DNA of 64,000 bases, taken from contig CM120642.1 of NCBI GenBank assembly GCA_051362555.1, positions 18,042,001 to 18,106,000 of the forward strand, given 5' to 3'. The notes below the pieces were generated by a model. That model saw only the letters and a list, made by a program, of their open reading frames with translations. It had not been told where the DNA came from and did not search any database. Shown here in pieces: positions 24,400 through 36,835 of the stretch. A program made the position numbers and the translations under genes. Position 1 is the first letter of the stretch. Each line of letters begins with the position of its first letter. The stretch is from Lingula anatina. Its lineage: Eukaryota; Animalia; Brachiopoda.

Positions 24400-25449
24400 C
24401 CCAAAGGGGCCTAAATCAACCATTAGGTAATTCAAATAAAAAAGTTTTAAAACATTTCAAGTACATGTATCATTATTGTCGTCAAGAGACACGCTTGGGT
24501 TGTTTGAATTCTTGCTTAAGTTGATGTCCACGTACATGGGACAAACATATCCTTGGAACAGAAACTCAAAACAGTGGCAAGCAATTATTATCTCTATTAG
24601 TAAGTGTTGTTTGTGGCTATGCTTAATTTTAGATTAAATAACGTTTGGAATTAAGTAAAAGTGTTTTTCTTGTTACAAAAATGTTCACACAGAGCCAAAT
24701 AAGTGCAGAACTAAAGACCAAGTTTTTCTATGAAATACGGGTATTCTTCTCTTGGTAATACATGTCTCTACCTCTATCTCTCGATTTCTCTCTACAGTAT
24801 GTCAAATAATACACTGCCACCCTCTCGTGAAATATGCATTGATATAAAACACATATCACTGGTGTTGACAGTGTTTTATCCCACACGTAATATAACAAGG
24901 CCTCGTGTTATAAATAAATTGTATTCAAAAACTATACTAAGATAGTTGTAGAAATTGTCATACGTACAAAACGTGTTTGCAGCAATGCTTCTACGCCTTA
25001 TATAAGTTCGACAGCACCATGCACGTGTATCGTTGCGAGTTTACCCAACGGAGTCCAGATGCCAACAAGTGACCGTACTTGAAGACAGCTCGCCCTACAC
25101 TGAGCGTCTTATTGTTATGCAAATTACAGCAGGTATGGTTCATTTAAGGTGTGACGTTGTGACTGACACTGTTCACGTGATATGACAGAAGATATGACTG
25201 GATGTATTCTTGTTGTTGATTTACACTGCTTTATTCTAGAAAAAATACACGTGTCAGGGGCGGATCCAGGATTTTTGAAGGGGGGGGGGGGGATCCGCGG
25301 ATGCGAAGCCGACAACCCCCTCCCCCCCCCCCCCCCACCACCACCCCCCCACTTGGCGTGGGGTTCGGGGCCCACTGAAGGGCCCCGAATTTTTTTTGGT
25401 AGTTTAGAGGGCAAATGATGCCATTTGATACAGTTTAGAACTCTGATTC

Positions 25450-25680
25450 AACTAGAAAAGCACTCCGAGAGCGCAGACCTCCGCCAAGGCAGCGATTTAT
25501 TATTATTATTATAATAATTGATTATTGATCCGGATCACCACCAAAAACTAATCATCTCTTCCTTGGCCCGCTTCTGACAGTTCCTGAAAATTTCATCAAA
25601 ATCGGTCGATAACTTTTAGAGTTATGTTGATGACAGACAAACAGGGGTGAAAAGATAACCTCCTTGGCGGAGGTGAAAAT
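25450..25680. mobile_element. Non-autonomous Helentron/DINE-like element
   Basis: aactagaaaagcactccgagagcgcagacctccgccaagg ... gacagacaaac ... aacctccttggcggaggtg: subterminal inverted repeat (acctccgccaagg/ccttggcggaggt), short terminal hairpin and a GACA motif. Confidence 0.7.
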
Positions 25681-26851
25681 GCGGGCTTTAGCGAATACCT
25701 CGACCCGCCAACATGTAAAACGTCACATTCGGGGCAAAGTAAATACACTTTTGGTGACTATTGGCTTGATGATGACGATGATCCAAACTTCATTTTTTGG
25801 ATATAATGTCTTATGTGATGATTTGAGGTATTCCTTTAAGCCCAAAGTTTTTTTCCAATTTAAACTTTACCAAAGCAAAGAGGTCCACTTTTTCAGAAAA
25901 TACCATCCCCTTTGAAATGGGTCCGTCTAATTATTATAACGTCCACAAACGATCACAAGCGTCCACGTTCTCTGTTAAGTTATCGTTCAGTAGATAGTGA
26001 TTTCCCAAACATTTTATGCTTGTGGAAGCCAGTGGTCCTTTGTGGATGTTAATAAAACAGACCGCTTTAAAATTGTTGGCTATGGGTCTGTTTTTATCAC
26101 CCAAATTTATTTCACCAGCTTCACGTACAGGTGTATCAGTACATGGATTTATGAAATTAAAGACAAGTAAAATAATTGGAACTTGTCTCCTTGGAAATCG
26201 GGGAGACACATGTATATTTTTATTCATATATTTATTTAATAATTCCACACCTTAATGTGGATTTAACAAATATTTTAAAAATGTATAATTTTCCAATGAG
26301 AAAATAAATTGATACACTCCATAGGTAATGTTCTTAACTTCGCGACGAGTTATAATTCAATCTACAGATTAGCATGCTTTATGCTGTATTTGCAACACTT
26401 TTGAAAACGGTATAATTCTCTAAAGCCATTACCAAGCCTACTAGTACACTTTGACCCCTTGCTAAACTTAAAGCAGCAAGTTATATTCTGCTCTGATATG
26501 ATTTAGATAAGATGTAAATAAACCTTTCTTTCTACCTTTTTTCAATCCTTTTCATTTACTCTGAAGTTACAAATAAAAATCTTTAAAAATGCTATTTCAA
26601 CTTGGCATGATCTGTGCTCCATGAAGTAAACAATTCAACAAATGTTTAACAATGTGAAAAAATAATTCGACTGAAAATGTAATATGTAAAAGTATTCCTC
26701 TGGTGATAGTACACGCCATTAGTAAAAAAAAACTCCAATAATTCAAGAGATCTGAATGATAAATCTTCCAATTCCAATAGGATCTTAAAAGTTCGTGAAC
26801 CTTAATGAAGGTCGAATTTGAATCTTGAAAAAAGACTGGACGAGATCTATT

Positions 26852-29800
26852 CTATTTCTTTTCTTGAGATTTCTGTTCATTCTTTGTATCTTTTGTGGTT
26901 TCCTCTGAGTTCTTTGCTTTTAAATTCCAAGTGTCCTCTAGAGTTCTGAACCTGACAGCTACTTCTGCCAAACTTGTCTCATCGTACTCTTTGCGCTCCC
27001 TGATCACCTACAAAATTAAAGAAAAAAATGAATAATCGAATGCATGAGACATATGCTATCATGTCAGAAGTGGTAAAATGTAATTAAAAATCAAACCTTA
27101 TTTTTCTGCAAAGTTGTACTTTCAATCAAAACTCTAACTTAGTAACTCACATTTCATGGCTTTAGGGGAAAAATTACATTAGGTCCATTTTAAAATCACT
27201 CTGGTATTTTTTTCTAGTCAATCAATGGGGTTTTCACCCAAGCAGTGTTACCATATTAAGTGGTTGGAAATTACACTCACTGTTCTTATTATCTTTATCA
27301 AAAAATAAGGCAGCAAATGGTCAAACAACCTGGATATTCAAGTATTTCATTTATAAGAACCTCACTGGTTATGTAAAAAACAACTTGGATTTTTAAGGAA
27401 GATCATGAACATATTTCCCAAATTTTTCGTAGAGCATTTGTGGTGCATTTACTGCACAGAATAATGTAAAATGATTTTTTGTCCAGTTTAATTAAGTTAG
27501 GGTTAAAAAAAACTTTTTATAGTATTTTTTTTTTTCCTCACTTCACCTCAGAACCAAATTACTTACTTTCTCTGCTTCAGCCATATGACTTTCAGATGAC
27601 ATGTTCCATGATAAAACCCCGACAATTCTCTTGCCTTTCATGTAAAGCACCACTCCTTTTCCACCATTCAAGTAATTCCCTGCAGGTGGCTCACTCTGGT
27701 GAAAAAAAGGTAAAATTTTGCTAAGATGGCACCTACAGCAATTGTGAGAAATTCATTAACATTTACAAAGTCCAACATGAAAGTACAAACTATTTGGTAC
27801 AGTATCTGATTATCAATATAGTAAAAGTAAAAATAAACCGACCTTCAAATGTTATGTGTACCTTATTCACTTTGCTAATTTTCTTTAAAATTATAAACTA
27901 TTTGACTTGAAACTCGAAAGAGTTTTGTAAATAATAATTTTGATTTACCTGATCATCATTTGGAAATGGAAACGTAAAAGTATTCAACTTTGAGCTGACC
28001 AATCCTATACCCTGACAACCAAACTTTGGACCAAGATCAGTCCTGAATTGATATTAAAACAAAGATTAGAAGAAAACAGTATGAGTCAAGCAATGAAATT
28101 CAGGGTGTTTATACAAGTTATTGGACAGCACTGTATGATTGTAAACATGTGACTATAAGGACCTATTTCTAATTAGTAGTGATAAGGAAAAACAAACAAT
28201 TAAAAATGCAGTATTTCAACATTTTCAAATTCATCCCACGACTACAAAAACTTGAAATAAATGTTCATAGTAGAAAGATTTTTTAAAAAATGCACTAATT
28301 GGTAAATTGACCAATGAGATTGATATATCGATAACAACTGACAATCAATGAAAACAATTTATTCCACTACATAACTAATTGGCACAATCATGTTAAAAAA
28401 AAACGTAGGCAAAATGGAAACTGTGTCAACAGAGACTAAACATGTTCTTTACCTAGGAGGCATAACCCTTTCAACCAGACCTTCATCAAAGTGCCTCGTT
28501 GGGAAAAAAAATTAACCATCATTCCACAAGAAACAATAACAAACTTATTTCACCACACTATTTCATTAATCAAATCAAAGACGGTCATGATCTTACCACC
28601 AATATGCCTGTTTTTTGTAAGAATCTTTCTTCCCTGTCATGTTGTTTCCTGCTATGTTTCCTGAGATAACAGCCTGTACCACATGTTCCACTCTCCTACG
28701 CCCCAGCTTGGGATCATAGTAACATGCAGCATCTCCTGCCTACAAATAAGTGACTGTTTGTAATAGAAAGGTAATTACTCATATTAAAAAAAATACTATG
28801 ACTATGATCCCAGCTTGGGATCATAGTAACATGCAGCATCTCTTGCCTACAAATAAGTGACTGTTTGTAAAAGAAAGGTAATTACTCATATTAATGGCGT
28901 GTTTCGTTCTTTTCAATGGGGGAAAATTGTGAATTTTACAAACACTGCATTTTCAAGTCATAATTCCTTAAAATAAACACATTCAACAAAATAGAAAACC
29001 AGGCTACTCTATAGTTCTATTCTTCATAGTTCTATTCTTTGCAGTAAAAGCCCCACACATGCTATACATAAATATTTTTGGAATTATAAAATAATGTACC
29101 TGAAAGTTTGACAATTATTGCCCAGCGAAAAGAGTAATTACCATCATGTCTTCTCCGTGCGTGTGTGTGTGTGTGTGTGTGTGTGCATGTGCGCGCTTGT
29201 GAACATGTGTAAATACAGGTATGTGTCAGAGGGGAGAACTGAACTGCCCCTTGACTAACTGTCTTATTCACAAATCAAAACAGAACTCTGTCGCAGAAAT
29301 GCCTTCACACCAAAACAAGCTAGGAAAAAGTACTAGTACTAGTAAGACATTTTTAATTTGAATGGCATTTGCCATTATCAAAACTGTTATCACACAGATA
29401 GCCAGTGTGGCCAAAACTCAAACTCTAGCCCCAGAAAGACCTGGACGACCATAAACTTTCCTTAATTCAGAAGATGTATTCGACCTTACCACATACAAGT
29501 TTGACCTAGCTTCCATCTCAGTGTTGACCATGAAGCCTCCCCGTATGGGGTCCACCTCTAGTTCTGCACTCTCTGCCAGCTCCACATTAGGCTGGATACC
29601 TACTGCTACCACCACGTGATCCACTAACACCTGATATATATATATATATATATATACGTGTGTGTCACATGTACATAGTAGATATCATTTCTACTCAAAA
29701 ACCAATGTATCTTTACACCATCACAGACAATATTTTATCCAGTTCTCATGTCTGGTTAGTTTCTAAAGAGACAAAAAAATAAAGCTGAAACATCATCACA

Positions 29801-32800
29801 ATTCACACTGTATAAATAAATTACACTGAAAACCCATTTACAGAGATCAACTATGACAGATAAAAAGTACTTAACACACATAATCATATTGCCAAAGCAA
29901 CTAAAACAAGTATTTTCAACCAAAATTACTGAATGAAGATCATACACATCTACTAAATATACAAATGCTGGCATCCCAAAGATATCAGAAGCTGAACTCA
30001 TGATGGAATTTCATGATGTATATATGTAACATTGATGATATCAAGATAATATTCTTTATGATAAGAATAATTACCTTTTCATCATTGCCCAGTTGTAGCA
30101 CAACCTTGTTCTCTTTCTTGTCGTACTGTACACCAGTAACAGTGCTCGACGGCCGCACTTCAACACCCTCTGTATTAGAAAATAGACACAAGTCATTTAC
30201 GTGGGTCAAATTTACTTCAGATAGAGCTGATGGCACATTATGAGGCATCATGGACTGCTTGGGGATGACACTGAAGGCTGGTTAAATGGTGACAGAGGAC
30301 AAGGTAGAAAGAGAATGACAATGTTCGACCACTGGCGTAAGAAGAAAGAAAACAGTTGGAACAAAAAGTTATGGCGAGATCAAAGGAAGGGCTGAAGATC
30401 GAGATGGATGGTGTGCGAGACAGTAATCCTGCCTCATGGCAGACAACCAAGAAGAAGAAGAAGAAGAGCTGAGAGAAATGTTAAACATCATTATAACAGA
30501 TTGTAAGTGAATTTGGAACAACATGAAGCGTGTATATTTCAGTCCAATTGTCAATCAATTTCAAGAATGACAACATATTATAAACATATTAACACATATT
30601 TGGGTATTTGGTATTAAAGATGTATATATTAGCTAAGCCCATTATCTTAAAGTTTATTATAAACATTATCATTATATTTTATAATATTTAATATTATTAC
30701 ATTTAAGACTGAAATCTAAACTTCAGTATTATGTTTATGAAGATGACCATAAACTTACCACTGGTCACAAGGTCAATACAGTGTTTACTCATTTCTTCAG
30801 GAAGGAGTCCTCCAAAGTGACCTTTTAAAAATATTAAATTAATATGACTTAATGTGTGATTTTAAGTCCACAAAGTGAACCAAATGTCAAATAACCATAA
30901 ATCCCAAACTTGATGAATCTCCATGGGTAATTCTCCTATGCTGCTATAACTTCTAATTAAATGATATGGGTGTTAAAACCTGTCTACCCAGTGAATATTT
31001 TATTTATGCATATGTCATAAAGTTGCCTATGGTCATTAAAGGCAACTTCCACACACACTAAAAAAAGCTGTTACCCATCAGCAGTATATATTTTTAATGA
31101 GCAAAATGGATTTTAATTATTCTGTAGTATTTTATTTTATCGCGAGATCATATAAATTTTCATTTATACTTTTGTGTATAAATATGACAATAAATTATTA
31201 TCATTATCATTATTGTTATTATCTTGAAGCAAGGAGATACCAAACAGTATTTGCATGATCTTTGGTATGAAATGGTCCAGGATCAAACTCACCAAATCTA
31301 CTCCCAAAACTTACCTTCTTCCATTAGCAATTGCACCACCTTGCAGCCACTGCTTTTCCCTGTTAACCATAAAATATTTTATTTAACTCTATATATTAAA
31401 TAATGAGTACCATAAATAGGGACTTCTCATGATCAGATTGATACTTTGATCTTTTACCTAGTCAAATCTTCAGTCATCAATATCTAAAAAGATGCCCATG
31501 TTGTATTCCTTTTTTAAATGAATAAGCATGACTTATCCATATATGTGATAAAGTACTTCCTTTTGATTCATGGGAAAACATTTTTTTCACAATCCACATG
31601 GCCATACTGTTGATAATCAAAACCTTACCACTGTGGTACAATAATGAACATTATTCGTGTGAGTACTTACCCCTATTTCCAAGACCACAAGCCAATTCAG
31701 TACCCAGAAAACCACCACCTATTACTGCAACTGATTTTGCTGTCCTTGAAATATGGTCTAGACGGAAAAAATCATCAACCTACAATAAAAGATAAATTAG
31801 GTTAAAAAAAAAACATCAGAGTCATTATAAAGTGGATATTCTGCAGCAGTCATGATCAGATGATCTAGACGCAAGTTTCTTGATGAACTTCTGAAATACT
31901 GAAAATACTGAAAGCAGCAGTCAAAGGCTGACACAAATACCAGGAACAAAAACCTGCAGAAAATTCATGTATTTTGGGGGGGAAAAGCAGCTAAAATCCC
32001 TGCTGCAGTTAATTTCTTACATTAAATTCAAGTATACGTATATGTATGTACGTGCCAATGTACCGGTACGAGTATGTGCACATGTACATGTATATGTGCC
32101 CATTTGTGTTTCTTAATTAATAATGTACTCACAGTTCTAAACACGGAGGTTTTACTTTTAACCTCTTCTTCTGCTCCCTCAAAATATGCTGGCATCTTTG
32201 GTGTACCTCCTGAAGTCAAAAAGATATTTTGAGTACCATCATCTTAAATCTTCAATAAATGTATCTTTTATAAATGAGGAAGAATTTATGTTAAAAGGGC
32301 TTACTACATGTAATAATAGTGTCAACATGTAGGGACCATTCCCAGACCCTATCGTACAAACTGTGGATCGATCTACTTCCAAGAGGATTCTTAATTGCAA
32401 TCAACTTTAGCAGCTTAGAAGTCTGTCACGTCTACTGAAGCTGCTGGGGGTTATTAATTATCATTTACGTATAATATCAAAATCTGTTGAAAGATAATTT
32501 TATTTGTCCATTAATGTATAATGCTACAATGCATACATTATGTACTTGTATACAATCAAAAACATAAATATAATGCTCAAACACCTCATTTTTGTGTCTC
32601 ACCTGTGGCAATAAGGCATTTGTCATAAGCAATTTCTGTCCCATCCTGCAGAGACACTTTCTGGTTCTCTACGTCTATACTGGTTACCTGTGGTTTTATA
32701 GAAGACAACGGTAAACAAGGCAGCAAAGCTGTCAAATGTACAGACAAAAAGCAAGAAATAACAAAACAGGCTACTGTCAATTCTGATGCAAAAGTACATT

Positions 32801-35800
32801 ATGCTTAACTGCAAATTCAACGTCAAATTTTAATTATGCTCAACAGGTAATACCAATGTAAGTGAAATGTGTAACAAGCGTAAGGCTTCAGGCCCATGGG
32901 AGTTTAAGTTCACACTTTGAAAATGCCAGAATGAGAAAAATGAAAATTTCACATAAAACTGCTTAAATTCAATAATAAATGATAACCCATTTGAGCTGGC
33001 TTCCTTATTTGAACTGCATGCCAATCCTACAAATCATACTTGTAAGTTGAAAATAATAATAAGTAACACAGTTTTCTTTTCATAATGTTTGCAGTAGCAG
33101 TGCAAAAAGATTTTTGTCAATTTTGATGTAACATTACATAATAAATTACAGAATAATTATCACCAATTTTTGATTATTGACTATAAATAGCATGGACATG
33201 TAGAAAATTTGATTACCATTTGGCTTCATGTCCATGAGAGCAGCACCCAAAATTGTGTTTTCTTCTATTTTAATGCAATATTACATAATGCTTAACAGCA
33301 TAATGACCATCAGTTTTTAATAATAAAAGATCCGAATCATGGATTTTCAGAAATGTGACTAGCATGGGTCTTCAAGCCGGTGGAGATTCTTAAGTCACAC
33401 CTTGAAAATGCCAATATGTGAAAAATTAAATTTTCACAAAAAACTGATTAACTGCCAAAAAAATTTACCAAATAGACTGCATTGCCCACTGAAGCTTTAT
33501 TTAAGTCCCATGTTTCTTCCTGTAAGTTTGAGAACAGTAAGTGACATGGTTTTCCTTAAATGCTCATCATGGGAGCAGTGTCCAAAATAGGGGTGTCTTC
33601 AAATTTTGATGCAATATAACATAATGTTTAACAGGATAATTACCATCAATTTTTAATAATAAAATATTAGTATCATGGATATTCAGAAAATGTTCCTAGC
33701 AAAGGTCTTCAGGTCCAAGGAACTTCAAAGTCACACCTTGAAAATGCTAAAATGTAGACAAGACAGCACTGTCCTGAAATGTTTTTTTTTTTCCATTTTT
33801 AACAATTTTTTAACATATAACAAAATTAACAATTTACTGCCATTTATATATGATCAACTAAGAAAATTGATGAGATGGGAAAAATATCAACAGAACAGTG
33901 TTTAATGTCCAATTTCCTCCATTCTGAGTTTCTGAACATAGTGAATGAATGAATCTGACAAACTGCAATGATATGAGTTTATTTCCATTTTTGAAACTCT
34001 ATTATACAATACATGATAACAAGTTTACCATCATTTTTACATAATCAACTAACAATGTTGTAAAGATGCAGGAAATGTCAAACAAACACTTTTACTAATC
34101 TTATTAGTTAAATAATGAGACTGTTAACATGCCTAAGAATTGAATCTGAGGAAATGTGAAAAAACAGCATAACTTATAAAATAATGGCCCGATTATGCTG
34201 ATTTTCGAACTTGACCTGCGTTTTAGTAAGATTGATTACTCCTGTGAGTTTCATGACAACAGGTCTATCGGTTTTCCTTGAAATGTGTTAACAGTGTTGC
34301 ACATATGCTGAAAAGTGAAAAAACAGCATAACTACTAAAATAGTGGCCCGATCATGCCGATTTTCGAACTTGATCTGCATTTTAGTAAGATTGATAACTC
34401 CTGTGAGTTTCATGACAACAGGCCTATCGGTTTTCCTTGAAATGTGTTAACAGTGTTGCATATATGCTAAAAAGTGAAAAAACAGGATAAATTCTACAAT
34501 AATGGCCCGATCATGCTGATTTTCGAACTTGACCTGCATTTTATGAATATTAGTCAGCTCTGTAAATATAAAGCCAAAAAGTAAAACTGTCTTCCACTTA
34601 TGGTGTTAACGCTGAAAGTGCACGGCGACGGCGACATGATCGGCGACGGCGACGACAGACGCAGGTGATGGCAATATGTACAGACACATCTGTGTCTGTA
34701 CATAAAAAAGGCATAACTTCACCAAACCGTTACTGATCAAGCTTATTTTCAAAACTTAATCTGTATTTCAGTAACACTGATCACTACTGTGATTTTCAAG
34801 ACAATTGGGCAATCGATTTTCCTTAAAATGTGTTATAGGTGTTGCATATATGCTGAAAAAAAGTGAAAAAACAGCAAAACTTTTATAAAAATGCTCTGAT
34901 CATGCCAATTTTCGAACTTGACTTGCGTATTATAGATATTCATCAGTTCTGTAAGTTTCATGCCAAAAGGTAAAATGGTTTTTCAAATATTGTGTTATCG
35001 GTGTTGCATAAATGCTGAAAAAAGTGAAAAAAACTGCATAACTTCAATATAAATGGCCTGATCATGTTGATTTTCGAACTTGACCTGCGTATTAGGAATA
35101 TTTATCAGTTCTGTAAGTTTCAAGCCAAAAGGTAAAACGGTTTTTCAAATATTGTGTTATCGGTGTTGCATAAATGTTGAAAAAATTGAAAAAACTGCAT
35201 TACTTCCATATTAATGGCCCGATCATGCTGATTTTCGAACTTGACCTGCATATTATGAATATTCATCAGTTCTGTAAGTTTCAAGCCAAAAGGTAAAATG
35301 GTTTTCAACTTATCGTGTTATCGGTGCTGCATAAATGCTGAAAAAAGTGAAAAAACAGCATAAATTCCCCAAAAATGGCCCGATCATGCTGATTTTCAAA
35401 CTTGACCTGCGTATTATGAATATTCATCAGTTCTGTAAGTTTCAAGCCAAAAGAAAAAACGTTTTTCCACTTATCGTGTTATCAGTAAAAGTGCACGGCG
35501 ACGACGGCGACGACAGACGCAGGTGATGGCTATATGTACAGACACATCTGTGTCTGTACATAAAAAGGACATAAACTTAATCACTTATGCTAAGACAGAT
35601 ATTTGACAATTTAAAGTTGTCGGTGTACAACAATATTTCAAGTGAATTTTCAATTAGAAACTTGAAACGTCTTACACTTATATGACATGACCCTTAACCT
35701 TAAGACTCCTGATTTAACGATGTAGTGTGTTAGTTGAAATTGTTTTGTATTGCTACCAGTAGATTTCTCTATAAGCAAAGTACTGTCCAGTGTGCAAGTT

Positions 35801-36791
35801 TGAATCTCTTCCTGTAACGCTGCGTGATCTACTCCAATTGGTAACTTATATTTAAAACTGTCCATTGTATAACTTGCTCTGATTGGTGAATGTGAACTAG
35901 GTGATCTTGTATACAAGGGCTTACTCGGAATAAATTGTTTTCTTTTCTAGGCTGTTAAATGCTGTGTTATTTTTATAAGGCTCTTGGCCATGGCGGCCAA
36001 ACACTGACCATATGATTACCTTTTGTCCAATGGCTACTTTCACTCCAGGTTCATCGGACGTGATGTCCTTGAAGGCCTCCATGGGGAGAAATTCAAGACT
36101 GCAATTATCAAAAATATGTATGGCCGTATTCAGAACAGTGGACTAACTAGTCTGCAGGTCAAATATGGCCAACCTACTTGAACACTATCCACAGGGAACC
36201 CATTCAGTGTCTTTTAGCAGATAAGATGGCAAGCTTTTTAGTGGGTTGCCATATTTGACCCTCAGACTAGTAAGTCCACTGTTCTGAATGCGGCCTATAA
36301 TACTTAAAAAGAACAAGGCAGCAAAGCTGTCAAATGTACAGACAAAAACCAGAAAATAATAAAAACGCAAGAAATAGGATACTGTCAATTCTGATGAACT
36401 AATGTATTATGCTTACTGTAACTACATAGCCAACATCAAATTCTTATTCTGCATAACATTGGATTAGGATGAAAGTAAAATGTGTATCAAGCATTAGACT
36501 AAGTTCCCATACCTAGATCAATCTAACAGGATCAATGCAACTCCAAGGGGTTTCTCACTAAATTGCTTTCAGTTTGAGAGTCTGAGGATTCTGGCATGCC
36601 AGTTTCAGTAGGCGTGACAGACAACTAAGCCACTTACATTGATTGCAATTTAGCGAGAATTCCCATGGAGATAGATCGATCCACAGTTAGCGTGATAGGG
36701 TCTGGAAATAGTCCCTAAGGTGTCAGGCTGATAAGAGTTAAACTTTGGAAATGCCAGAATGAGGTACAGTGAAAATTACACACACACACAA

Positions 36792-36835
<44 letters not shown>

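Noticed and set aside
34900-35500. Hammerhead ribozyme in the 122-bp satellite (minus strand CTGATGA..GAAA..ATC)
   Set aside because: Stem II does not close next to the core, and no stem I complement is found.
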